Positions 41,851-52,806 of a stretch of 64,000 bases of DNA are shown here, one piece after another. Within the stretch, counting starts at the first letter, position 1, and every line of letters begins with the position of its first letter. Source of the stretch: Terrimicrobiaceae bacterium (GTDB lineage: Bacteria; Verrucomicrobiota; Verrucomicrobiia; Chthoniobacterales; Terrimicrobiaceae); assembly GCA_041752695.1 (NCBI GenBank), contig JBGSVZ010000027.1:64001-128000 (forward strand). Reading direction: 5' to 3'. A program made the position numbers and the translations under genes. The notes beneath the pieces were generated by a model. It ran no database searches and had not been told where the DNA came from. It saw only the letters and a list, made by a program, of their open reading frames with translations.

Positions 41851-41877
41851 TGGAGGGTGCCGAGCCCTCGGCACCCT
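41851..41877. repeat. GGAG-led GC-rich palindrome (REP-like or terminator)
   Basis: AGGGTGCCGAG-cc-CTCGGCACCCT directly after the subtilase stop codon. Confidence 0.5.
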
Positions 41878-42051
41878 GGAATAAGTGCCACCATTGGGGG
41901 GTGCCGGGTTGCCTATAAAAATCGCCATTCGGGCTTTGCTACGCAAAGGCGGTACTCCTACGCTTCGATTCTCGACGCCCAGAAAGGCGAGAACTGAGGC
42001 GAAGGGGAAGCGCCGGATTGGACCGCAGCCCGAAGGTGCGCACCCGGCGAG

Positions 42052-42549
42052 CTACCCCCGCTTTTCGACGCGTTGGTAAAATTCCTTCCAGCCTTCGCCG
42101 CCGGACGGACTCACCCAATAACGGTTCGGTCCGTCGAAGGAAATCTCGATCCGCTCCTTCTCCCCAGAAACCGGCTCGCGCACGTCGATGACAACCGATT
42201 TTTCATCGGCCGCCGCCACTTCGTAGGGCACGCTGATCCTTCGGGGACCGGCGCCGTCCGCAGGAGGGAATTCGAAGGTGAGGCGGGCGCGTTCGTATTT
42301 CAGGATGAGATCCAGATAGCGTGGGGCCGACTTGGTCCGGGCCACCATGACGGTTTTCGGAACCTTTTTGGTTCGCTTGCTGCGTTTACTCACCCGGACG
42401 GTTTCCACTTTGGTCACTTTCACCATCTCCACCGGCATGGGAACTTTGTGGGATTGCCAGGTGCCTTGCAGGCGGGGATCGCCCGAGGCGCACCCGGATA
42501 GCCAAAAACCGGCGGCGAGCAACGTCGCGAGACCCAGCAATTTCCCCAT
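42052..42549 (-). CDS. Hypothetical lipoprotein
   Basis: Lipobox LSGC, LQGTW motif and a basic insert. Confidence 0.7.
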   Translation of the reverse strand: MGKLLGLATLLAAGFWLSGCASGDPRLQGTWQSHKVPMPVEMVKVTKVETVRVSKRSKRTKKVPKTVMVARTKSAPRYLDLILKYERARLTFEFPPADGAGPRRISVPYEVAAADEKSVVIDVREPVSGEKERIEISFDGPNRYWVSPSGGEGWKEFYQRVEKRG

Positions 42550-42633
42550 GGCGCTGCACTATGCCACAGGAAGGATTTCCTTCAACCCTGCAATGCCCCG
42601 GCTAGACTCCCGTTTTTGAGCCCGCGAATTGCG

Positions 42634-43374
42634 ATGAAATTAAAACTGACCATTGCCTACGACGGCTTCCCTTACAAAGGTTGGCAAAGCCAACCCTTCC
42701 GGCTGACGGTGCAGGATGTGCTCGAAGACGCGTTGCGGCGCATCACCGGGGAACGCGTTGTCGTCCACGGGGCGGGACGGACGGACACCGGCGTCCATGC
42801 TCTCGGGCAGGGGGCGCATATTGAGGTTCCGGAGCGATTCTCCGCGGACGGATGGCAGCGGATTCTGAATTTTAACCTCCCTCCGACCATTCGCATTATG
42901 CGTTGCCGGCGGGTGTCCGACAGTTTTGACGCCCGCCATTCCTCCAAGGGCAAGGTGTATCGCTATCTCATCCGGAACGACGATGTGATCTTTCCTCACG
43001 AAGCTGAACGGGTCTGGCTGGTGCCGGATCGCCTGGACTTTGGGCTACTTCGCGCAGCCTCCCAGATTTTTGTCGGGCGGCACAATTTTCGGGGTTTCGG
43101 GGCCAACAAACGTTCGCCAAGCCAGACGGTGCGCTCCGTCTCCCGAATCTCCGTGGTGACCAAAGGTTCACTGATTGCCCTGACTTTTACCGGGGAGGGG
43201 TTCCTCTATCGCATGGTCCGCATGATGACGGGGTCCATCATGCGCGTCGCCACGGGTCGGGAGGCTCTCGACGCCGTCAGACGGCGGCTCGAGGAACCGG
43301 GCGCCCCCCAGTGGGAGCATGTCGCGCCCGCGCGGGGACTTTACCTCGTCAGAGTTCTTTACGGAAAGATCTGA
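42634..43374 (+). CDS. truA: tRNA pseudouridine(38-40) synthase
   Basis: IAYDG..GWQ, GRTDTGVHA, FLYRMVR and APARGLYL. Confidence 0.95.
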   Translation: MKLKLTIAYDGFPYKGWQSQPFRLTVQDVLEDALRRITGERVVVHGAGRTDTGVHALGQGAHIEVPERFSADGWQRILNFNLPPTIRIMRCRRVSDSFDARHSSKGKVYRYLIRNDDVIFPHEAERVWLVPDRLDFGLLRAASQIFVGRHNFRGFGANKRSPSQTVRSVSRISVVTKGSLIALTFTGEGFLYRMVRMMTGSIMRVATGREALDAVRRRLEEPGAPQWEHVAPARGLYLVRVLYGKI

Positions 43375-43486
43375 CGGGGGACGCTTTGAAGGAACGGGGC
43401 GATGAGAGCGGCCGTCGCGAAGTTTTGCTGCGTTGCTGCGGAAAGAGACTTGACGAAACCCCGTTTTCCGCTTTCTGTGCAACTGG

Positions 43487-43759
43487 ATGTCTGAATTTTC
43501 GCCATTTGCGCGGTTGCTCTCCCACGGGAAGCTGGTTCTTTGCGTGGGCGTGTTTGCCGTTTTTGGAGCGGGACAGGCGTTGGCTGGCATTGAAACTTCG
43601 CGGGACTTCCCTCTGGAGGAGGCCGGCCGTTCTTCCGAGAGTTCCGCCGATAAGGTTCTTGCGATGTATCGGAAGGATGTGGGGATTCCGGCCGAGCCGA
43701 CGAAAACCTCCGTCAAGCCCTCCGTCCGCCGCGCTGCGGTCGTGACGGAGAACAAATAA
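43487..43759 (+). CDS. Small exported hypothetical protein
   Basis: Signal-like segment ending AGQALA. Confidence 0.45.
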   Translation: MSEFSPFARLLSHGKLVLCVGVFAVFGAGQALAGIETSRDFPLEEAGRSSESSADKVLAMYRKDVGIPAEPTKTSVKPSVRRAAVVTENK

Positions 43760-43875
43760 TCCGCGCGGCCGCGCCACTGGTAAAGCGGCGCCCGCCCCTT
43801 AAGGGAGTTCCCGTTTGCTGGGTCGGGTGAAGGAGATGCTGTTGCTTTGCCAGGAAATCCGGCGACGGTTCGGCC

Positions 43876-44106
43876 ATGACCGACCGCTCCACGTTTTCTC
43901 TTTCCGCGCCTGAACTGGCCCACACCCTGGAGCAGGGGGTTTGTCAGGATCTCGCTGCCATCACCTTATTTTGTGAAGCGATGGTGGGTAAGCTCCGCCT
44001 CCAGAAAAGCCCGCTGGAAAAGGATGCGGCCCGCGTCCGGGACCTTCTGGAACAAGCGAAACAGGATCTCCGACAAGTCTCTTGCACGCTGCAAAGACCG
44101 GACTGA
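43876..44106 (+). CDS. Stand-alone HisKA_3-like dimerisation domain
   Basis: ELAHTLEQGVCQDLAAI...LLEQAKQDLRQVSCTLQRP parallels the NarX/DegS-type DHp helices. Confidence 0.55.
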   Translation: MTDRSTFSLSAPELAHTLEQGVCQDLAAITLFCEAMVGKLRLQKSPLEKDAARVRDLLEQAKQDLRQVSCTLQRPD

Positions 44107-44116
44107 GCGGCTCCCT

Positions 44117-44692
44117 TTAGACCCGCTCCAGCTCGCGCCAGACCTCCCGATTTTCGCGGCCGGGATGGGTGGGCAGGGAGGTCTCTTCCCGGATGATCCG
44201 GAAGGCCGGGGAAAAAAGGCGATCAAGTTCCTCCCGCGTGCAGCCAAAGGGCGGCCCCTCCCCGTCGTGTCCGGGATCCAGATAGAAAATGGCCAGCAGA
44301 CGCCCGCCGGGTCGGAGAAGGCGGGCGGCGGAATCTGCGTAGGCGCGGCGGTCCGAGGGATCAATGGCGCAGAAGCACGTGTGCTCAAAAAGACCGTCGA
44401 AGGTTCCCGTCCAGTCCTCGGGCAGATGAAAAAAATCCCCGGCGAAGTAGGTCTCACGGCCCACGCGGGGGTGGCTCTCGGCGGAGGCCACCGCGGATGG
44501 GGCAAGGTCCAGCCCGATCACCTCCGCGCCGGTCCGGGCGAGAGCGCGGACGTCATGACCCGAACCGCATCCCGGGATCAGGACACGGCCCGGCAGGGAA
44601 TTTTGATCCAACCAGGCGAGAAGCGCCGGATGGGCGCCTCCCTTTTCCCAAGGGGTGTCGCCCGATTGGTAGCGATTTTCCCAGTTGGTCAT
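44117..44692 (-). CDS. Thiopurine/thiol S-methyltransferase family protein
   Basis: WENRY..GDTPWE, VLIPGCGSGHD, EHTCFCAI and GPPF. Confidence 0.88.
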   Translation of the reverse strand: MTNWENRYQSGDTPWEKGGAHPALLAWLDQNSLPGRVLIPGCGSGHDVRALARTGAEVIGLDLAPSAVASAESHPRVGRETYFAGDFFHLPEDWTGTFDGLFEHTCFCAIDPSDRRAYADSAARLLRPGGRLLAIFYLDPGHDGEGPPFGCTREELDRLFSPAFRIIREETSLPTHPGRENREVWRELERV

Positions 44693-45444
44693 GCCGGCTC
44701 CGACCTGCGCTTCCAGCGGGAGCCGATCGCGACGCCGTATTGAAATTTCCGGGCATGTTCCCGGATCAGAAACGGGAGTTCTTTGGAGGTCTGGAACTCG
44801 AAATACGGATCCAGAATGGCACGTAGAGTTTCGAAGGACCGCGCGTCGTTGGCATCGCGTCCCCCGAGCCAGTTTTCGCGCGCGGTGAATTCTTCCAGCC
44901 AGGTGAACGGGGTGGTGAGCAAAAGCTGGCCGCCGGGTTTCACCAGGGAAGGCAGGCGGTCAAGAAATTGCCGGGGGTCGGTGAGCCGGCAGATCAAGTT
45001 CGCTGCGAGAACGACATCGAACTCCCCAAGGTCGGGGCGTAATGCCATCGCGTCGCCGGTTTCAAATGTCACACGACTCCGGTCGATGCCACCGGGGACC
45101 TCGGCCCGAAAGGGAGCCGTGACGATGCCCTCCACTGGGTAGGTTCCATCGAGCTGGCCGGCCATTTTCAACTCCTGCGCCACGGTGATAAAACGCGAGG
45201 AGAAATCAATCCCGATCACCGAGGTGGCGTAGCGGGCAAGCTCAAACGAAGCGCGTCCCACCGCGCATCCGATATCGAGGGCTCGGGATTCTCGTCCCAT
45301 CGGACCGATCAGATCGCCGACGCTCCGGCGGGGAAAATTGAGCCCTTCGCGGGGAGCTGGCACGCGGCCAAGAATTTCCTCCTCCGAGCCGTAATGGAAA
45401 AGAAGGTAATCGGAGACGAGTTTGTCAGTTTCGTAAGGATTCAT
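44689..45444 (-). CDS. SAM methyltransferase resembling the OvoA C-terminal (mercaptohistidine N-methyltransferase) domain
   Basis: NPYETDKLVSDYLLFHY, ALDIGCAVGRASFELAR, ANLICRL, PFTWLEEFT and REHARKFQY. Confidence 0.8.
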   Translation of the reverse strand: MNPYETDKLVSDYLLFHYGSEEEILGRVPAPREGLNFPRRSVGDLIGPMGRESRALDIGCAVGRASFELARYATSVIGIDFSSRFITVAQELKMAGQLDGTYPVEGIVTAPFRAEVPGGIDRSRVTFETGDAMALRPDLGEFDVVLAANLICRLTDPRQFLDRLPSLVKPGGQLLLTTPFTWLEEFTARENWLGGRDANDARSFETLRAILDPYFEFQTSKELPFLIREHARKFQYGVAIGSRWKRRSEPA

Positions 45445-45516
45445 GCGCGAGCCCTCCTTGTTTACCGGTTCGAATGGGGAGATTCAAGTGGCGCGCCGAC
45501 AAATTCGGGCAGGTCA

Positions 45517-47400
<1,884 letters not shown>

Positions 47401-47465
47401 GAACAGGAGCGCATCTTAGCGGGTTTCGCCTTTCCCGCAATCCCCTCCGCCGTTGAGGAAAATCG

Positions 47466-48404
47466 CTACGCCGCCTTGCCGGAGGCGAGGAACCACTCGT
47501 AAGCGTGGCGGATGCCGTCGGGCAGCGAAATTTTTGGCTTCCAGCCCAAACCGAACATTTTGGACATGTCGAGGAGCTTGCGCGGCGTGCCGTCGGGTTT
47601 GGACGTGTCGAAGACCAATTCTCCGTGGAACCCCACCGCGTCGCAAACCGTCTGGGCCACTTCGCGGATGGTCACGTCATCCCCACAGCCGATATTGACG
47701 ATTTCGGGGGAGTCGTAGTTTTCCAGCAGGAAATAACAGGCGTCCGCCAGGTCATCGACATGCAGAAACTCGCGCCGCGGGGTTCCTGTGCCCCAGATGG
47801 GGATCGAGCTGTCGCCGCGCAGCTTGGCTTCGTGGGCCTTGCGGATCAGGGCGGGCAGGACGTGAGAGGTGTGCAGGTCGAAGTTGTCGTGCGGGCCGTA
47901 AAGATTGGTCGGCATGCCGGAGAGGAAGTTTTTCCCCTGTTCCGCAGCATAGGCCTGGCAGAGTTTGATTCCGGCGATCTTGGCAAGGGCGTAGGCGTCG
48001 TTGGTGGGTTCGAGGGCACCGGTCAGGAGCGCGCTCTCCGGAATGGGCTGCGGAGCGAATTTCGGGTAAATGCAGGAACTGCCGAGGAAGAGAAATTTCC
48101 GCGTGCCGAAGTCCGCCGCGGCTTCAATGAGGTTGTTTTGGATGCTCGTATTCTGCAGGAGGAACGCCACCTTCTGTTCGGAATTCGCCACGATTCCCCC
48201 GACTTTGGCGGCGGCATCGACGACCAGGGCAGGGCGCTCGGTTGCAAAAAACGCCCGCACGGCGGCACGGTCCAGCAGGTCGACTTCGGCGCGGGTGCGC
48301 GTGAGGATGTTGGTAAATCCCTCGGCCTGCAACTTGCGCACCACCGCGCTTCCCACCATGCCCCGGTGGCCGGCCACGTAAATCGTCTCGTTTTTGTCCA
48401 TCAC
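47466..48404 (-). CDS. fcl: GDP-L-fucose synthase
   Basis: [30 protein letters not shown] and PTNLYGP. Confidence 0.95.
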   Translation of the reverse strand: MMDKNETIYVAGHRGMVGSAVVRKLQAEGFTNILTRTRAEVDLLDRAAVRAFFATERPALVVDAAAKVGGIVANSEQKVAFLLQNTSIQNNLIEAAADFGTRKFLFLGSSCIYPKFAPQPIPESALLTGALEPTNDAYALAKIAGIKLCQAYAAEQGKNFLSGMPTNLYGPHDNFDLHTSHVLPALIRKAHEAKLRGDSSIPIWGTGTPRREFLHVDDLADACYFLLENYDSPEIVNIGCGDDVTIREVAQTVCDAVGFHGELVFDTSKPDGTPRKLLDMSKMFGLGWKPKISLPDGIRHAYEWFLASGKAA

Positions 48405-48436
48405 TTCCCCTACCTAGGTACCAAGCCATTTCCATC

Positions 48437-49564
48437 GTGCAAACAACTTCCCGCGCCCTCCTCATCGTCCTCGACAGCGTGGGTGTCGGCCACGCGCCTG
48501 ACGCCACAGACTACGGCGACGCCGGAGCCAACACGCTGGGACATATTCTGGAACGCCGTCCCGGAATCCGCCTCCCCCATCTCGACTCCCTCGGACTTCG
48601 CCTGGCCCTCGACCTCGCGGCGGGCGGCCCCGGGGGGCTGCCCGAACGCGGCGCGGTGGGCGTGATGACCGAACTTTCGGCGGGCAAGGACACCACCACC
48701 GGACACTGGGAAATCGCCGGCGCTGTGCTGGAAAAACCGTTTGCGGTCTTTGAAAAATTTCCGCCCGAGCTGGTCTTGGCCATCGAGCGCGAATCCGGGG
48801 TCACATTCCTCGGCAACAAAGCCGCCAGCGGCACCGCCATCCTCGACGAACTCGGCGCGGAGCATGTCGCGACGGGCCGGCCGATTTTGTACACGTCCGC
48901 CGACTCCGTCCTCCAGATCGCGGCGCACGAAGAGGTCTTTCCCCTCGAAAAACTTTACGCTCTTTGCCAGATCGCGCGGCACGTCTGTGACGACTATGCC
49001 ATCGGTCGGGTCATTGCCCGACCGTTTGTCGGCGAAGCGGGAGGATTTCGACGCACCGCCAACCGTCACGACTACTCGCTCGTTCCTCCGCGCACCGTGC
49101 TCAACGACCTGCAGGACGCCGGAATTCCGGTGCGGGGCGTGGGAAAAATCTCCGACATCTTTGCCGGGAGCGGCATTTCCGAGTCTCATCCGACGATCTC
49201 CAACGCCCACGGCATGGAAGCCCTTTCCAGGCTCTGGGAAAGTGGCGCGCACGGGCTGATCTTTGCCAACCTGGTGGATTTTGACATGCTCTTCGGCCAT
49301 CGTCGCGACATGGACGGATACGCGGCGGCGCTCGAGGAATTTGACCTCTGGCTGGGAAATTTTTTCCCCCGAATTGGCGCGAACGACCTCGTCCTGATCA
49401 CCGCGGATCACGGCAACGACCCCACCTGGCGAGGGACGGACCACACCCGGGAGCGGGTGCCGGTGTTTCTCCTGCAGGACGGACGGACGGAAAACCTGGG
49501 CGTGCGGCCGGGATTCCACTTCATCGCCGAAACCCTCCGGGTTGCATTCGGACTGGCGGCTTGA
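48437..49564 (+). CDS. deoB: Phosphopentomutase
   Basis: LDSVGVG, GKDTTTGHWE, YTSADSV and TADHGNDPT..GTDHTRE. Confidence 0.96.
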   Translation: MQTTSRALLIVLDSVGVGHAPDATDYGDAGANTLGHILERRPGIRLPHLDSLGLRLALDLAAGGPGGLPERGAVGVMTELSAGKDTTTGHWEIAGAVLEKPFAVFEKFPPELVLAIERESGVTFLGNKAASGTAILDELGAEHVATGRPILYTSADSVLQIAAHEEVFPLEKLYALCQIARHVCDDYAIGRVIARPFVGEAGGFRRTANRHDYSLVPPRTVLNDLQDAGIPVRGVGKISDIFAGSGISESHPTISNAHGMEALSRLWESGAHGLIFANLVDFDMLFGHRRDMDGYAAALEEFDLWLGNFFPRIGANDLVLITADHGNDPTWRGTDHTRERVPVFLLQDGRTENLGVRPGFHFIAETLRVAFGLAA

Positions 49565-49595
49565 TTTTTGCCGTCCGCAGGCTCATACCCGCAGC

Positions 49596-50501
49596 ATGAA
49601 ACGGCTCCTGGTTTTCTTTTGTTGCGCCTGCTCGGTTCTGCGCGCACAGGAGGCACTGACGCTGGAGACGATAGCGGCCGAGCCGAAAATTTGGCCCGTC
49701 GAAGTGATGGTGACGGTGGATCACAAGCTGCCGGTGATCATCGACGGCAAGGTGAGGAAAACCCTCAAGATCGATCCGGGCACCATGTACAAGGTGAAAT
49801 CGATCAGCGCCGCCGGGGTGACGGTCTATGCCTTGGGTGGCCCCAGGATCTTCAAGGCGATCGAGACGGATGTGATCGCGCGCGCCGAACAAAACCAGGC
49901 CCGGCTTACGGCCCCTGCCGAGCTTCCGCTCTCCCCGGCGCTGAATGGCCCGACCAGCTTGTCTTCTCCTGCCCCCCTCCTGAAGTCACCTCCCGATGCC
50001 GGCGGCCCGCTGGTCGCAGACACCGCCCTTCCTTCCCCTGTCCCAGGCACCCTGGCGGCAAAACTTCAGGGTCAACTCGTCACTCTGATCGGCGGCCGGC
50101 TCGAACCGTTCGACGCGGCCCGGCTGGGCGGGAAAAAATACCTCGCCGTCTATTTCTCGGCCTCCTGGTGCGGACCCTGCCGGGATTTCACTCCCAGTTT
50201 GGTCGACTGGTATGAAAAGCGCCGGGCGGATCGCGATAAATTCGACATCATTTTTGTCAGCTCCGACCAGGACGAAAAATCCATGGCGGGCTATATGGTT
50301 GAGGATGGCATGCCGTGGCCGGCGGTGAATTTTTCCAAGGCACGTTCCAATATTTTTTCCAAATATAGCGGACGAGGGATTCCGAATCTGGTGATCCTCA
50401 ACGAATATGGCGTCATTCTTTCCCGCAGTTTCGACGGTGAAAATTATCTGGGTCCCGCCAAACCCCTGAAGGACTTGGATCGGCTGCTGTCGACGAACTA
50501 G
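49596..50501 (+). CDS. Exported nucleoredoxin/tryparedoxin-like thioredoxin
   Basis: YFSASWCGPCRDFTP, FVSSD, MPW and GIP motifs after a signal peptide and a Pro-rich linker. Confidence 0.85.
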   Translation: MKRLLVFFCCACSVLRAQEALTLETIAAEPKIWPVEVMVTVDHKLPVIIDGKVRKTLKIDPGTMYKVKSISAAGVTVYALGGPRIFKAIETDVIARAEQNQARLTAPAELPLSPALNGPTSLSSPAPLLKSPPDAGGPLVADTALPSPVPGTLAAKLQGQLVTLIGGRLEPFDAARLGGKKYLAVYFSASWCGPCRDFTPSLVDWYEKRRADRDKFDIIFVSSDQDEKSMAGYMVEDGMPWPAVNFSKARSNIFSKYSGRGIPNLVILNEYGVILSRSFDGENYLGPAKPLKDLDRLLSTN

Positions 50502-50652
50502 AGCCGGTTGGCTCTGGAAACTCGGGCCAGCCTAGCACTCGCAGCCGGCCGCTGGAAAATCCCTCCCAGCGGCACCATGCCCGCCTCCGGAAACGCCCCT
50601 CCGTTCGCTCGCTCAGGTTTCCCCCCTCCCACGCGAAGAGTGGGGCGTTGTT

Positions 50653-50711
50653 ACAATAAATGTCGCAGGTGGGACATTTATTGTAACCAGATAAAACACG
50701 ACGCCGGGGTG
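50653..50711. repeat. Dispersed ~59-bp palindromic element (copy 2)
   Basis: ACAATAAATGTCGCA-gg-TGGGACATTTATTGTAA...AAACACGACGCCGGGGTG, in the same orientation as copy 1. Confidence 0.85.
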
Positions 50712-50808
50712 GAGGATGGACTCTTGGTCGGCAGCTCGGAGGTTCCCGCCGCGCCAGGAGCGAGAGGTTTGTTGGGCTGCAAGGGGCGGAGGGATCTTCA
50801 GAAGTTGC

Positions 50809-51528
50809 TCAGGGTTTCCGGGGTTTCCGGCCCAGCCATTTCGCGCGTTCGTCGGGAGGAAGCTTTTCGATGGCATAACGCAGCGCTGTGCGGGGCATCG
50901 TCGCAGCGTGCCGGGTGAGGAATTCGCGCATGGCGTGGACATCCCGTTTTCCCGTCTCCCGCAGCATCCAGCCCACGGCCTTGTGGATGAGATCGTGAGG
51001 GTCGTCCACCAGCAGCTCCGCGACATTCAAAGCGGGGGGGAGATTGCCGGCCCGGATGAAAGTGAAGGTCGCGAGCATGGCGATGCGGCGCTCCCAGAGG
51101 TCGCGCGACCTCGCGAGTTTGGGGAGGAGCTTCCGTTCCGCTGGATGTTCGAGCAGCCACCCGCCCACAATCTGCGGCGCGGAGCTGTCCACCAGATCCC
51201 AATTGTTGATGAAGGACGTGTTCGCGAGGTAATCGCAATGGATTTTCCGCCGGTCGTTCTTGTCTCCCCGGGAAAAGCGTCGCACCCAGATCAGCAGGGC
51301 GAGCAGGCGTTCTTCGTGAAAGGGAGACCGGACAAGACAGCGCACATTGGCCTCGCTGAGGCTATCGGACAAGGGAACCAGACGGCGGATCGCAGGCACT
51401 CGCACACCGAGCATTTTGTCACCTTCGGCGTAGTCCCCGGGCCCGGTTTTGAAAAACCGTTTGAGGAATTCGGCATCGCCCGGACGCGCGGCGGCGCGCA
51501 GGGATTTTTTCAGGGCGGAAACCGTCAT
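50809..51528 (-). CDS. DNA alkylation repair protein (AlkD-like HEAT-repeat family)
   Basis: FFKTGPGDY.EGD..LGVRVP, NNWDLVD, LWERR and IHKAVGWMLRE. Confidence 0.9.
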   Translation of the reverse strand: MTVSALKKSLRAAARPGDAEFLKRFFKTGPGDYAEGDKMLGVRVPAIRRLVPLSDSLSEANVRCLVRSPFHEERLLALLIWVRRFSRGDKNDRRKIHCDYLANTSFINNWDLVDSSAPQIVGGWLLEHPAERKLLPKLARSRDLWERRIAMLATFTFIRAGNLPPALNVAELLVDDPHDLIHKAVGWMLRETGKRDVHAMREFLTRHAATMPRTALRYAIEKLPPDERAKWLGRKPRKP

Positions 51529-51572
51529 GAAAATGTCTTCATTCGCCGCGCGGGACAAAGCAAGATGTTGTC

Positions 51573-52805
51573 ATGCATGTCCCGCAACTCATCGAGCGCA
51601 AACGCGACGGCGGCGCACTCACGACGGAGGAGATTCAACAGGTGATCACGGATTTTTCCGCGGGGACGATGCCGGAATATCAGATGAGCGCGCTGGCCAT
51701 GGCGATTTTTTTCCGCGGGATGTCTGATGCGGAAACCGCGGCGTTGACCGCCGCCATGCGGGACAGCGGCCGCTCCTTTTCGTGGCCGGCGGGCTCTCCG
51801 CCCAAGGTGGATAAACATTCTACCGGCGGCATAGGCGACAAGGTTTCGCTCGTGCTGGCTCCGCTGCTGGCGTGTGACGGTCTCTGGGTGCCCATGGTGT
51901 CCGGCCGCGGACTTGGCATCACCGGCGGCACACTGGACAAGCTCGAAAGCATCCCGGGTTTTGATGTTCACCTCGACGAAGCCCGGTGCCTGCATCAGAT
52001 CGAAAAAATCGGCGTTTTTATGGCCGGACAGACCGCCGATTTTTGTCCGGCGGATAAAAAGCTTTATGCCCTGCGCGATGTCACCGGCACCGTGCCCTCG
52101 CGCCAACTGATCATTGCCAGCATCATGGCGAAAAAACTCGCCGAGTCCCTCGACCGGCTGGTGCTCGATGTGAAGTTTGGCTCCGGGGCCTTCATGAAAA
52201 CCCGCGAGCAGGCGCTGCAACTGGCTGAGGGCCTGCAGGCCGCCGGTCGTGACAATGGGGTGGAGACCTTTTTTCTCCTTTCGCCCATGGAGGAACCGCT
52301 CGGCTGCACGGTAGGCAATGCGCTGGAGGTGGCCGAGGCGGTGGAAACGCTGCAGGGCGGCGGTCCGCCCGACTTCGTGGATCTCACCCTGGATCTCTGC
52401 GAACGCGTGGGAAATTCCCCGCGCCCGAAGCTTCTCCAATGGTTGAAAGACGGCACCGCCTGGCGGAAGTTTGTCGAGCTCACCGAGGCCCAGGGCGGCG
52501 AGGCGTCGGCTTTGGAAAAGATCACGGCCGTCCATCGAGCGCCTGTTATCGAACCCCTGCCCGCGCCCCGCGACGGCACGATCACCCGTATTGATGCCGG
52601 TGCGCTTGGCGCGACCAGTGTCCGCCTGGGAGCGGGACGAAAGATGGGCTCGGACACGATTGATTTCGCGGTGGGATTCAGCGGAATTCGCAAATGTGGC
52701 GACCGGGTTTCCGCCGGCGATCCTCTGCTGCTGACCCACGCGCGCTCCGCCGCATCGCTGGCGGCATTACGCGAAATGATTTCCGACGCTTTTGTGATCG
52801 AGTAG
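51573..52805 (+). CDS. pdp: Pyrimidine-nucleoside/thymidine phosphorylase
   Basis: DKHSTGGIGDK, SGRGLGITGGTLDKLESIPG and LDVKFGSGAFM. Confidence 0.93.
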   Translation: MHVPQLIERKRDGGALTTEEIQQVITDFSAGTMPEYQMSALAMAIFFRGMSDAETAALTAAMRDSGRSFSWPAGSPPKVDKHSTGGIGDKVSLVLAPLLACDGLWVPMVSGRGLGITGGTLDKLESIPGFDVHLDEARCLHQIEKIGVFMAGQTADFCPADKKLYALRDVTGTVPSRQLIIASIMAKKLAESLDRLVLDVKFGSGAFMKTREQALQLAEGLQAAGRDNGVETFFLLSPMEEPLGCTVGNALEVAEAVETLQGGGPPDFVDLTLDLCERVGNSPRPKLLQWLKDGTAWRKFVELTEAQGGEASALEKITAVHRAPVIEPLPAPRDGTITRIDAGALGATSVRLGAGRKMGSDTIDFAVGFSGIRKCGDRVSAGDPLLLTHARSAASLAALREMISDAFVIE

Positions 52806-52806
52806 G

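Noticed and set aside
40042..41946. 634-aa minus-strand ORF
   Set aside because: Antisense shadow of the subtilase with no motifs, as expected in high-GC DNA.
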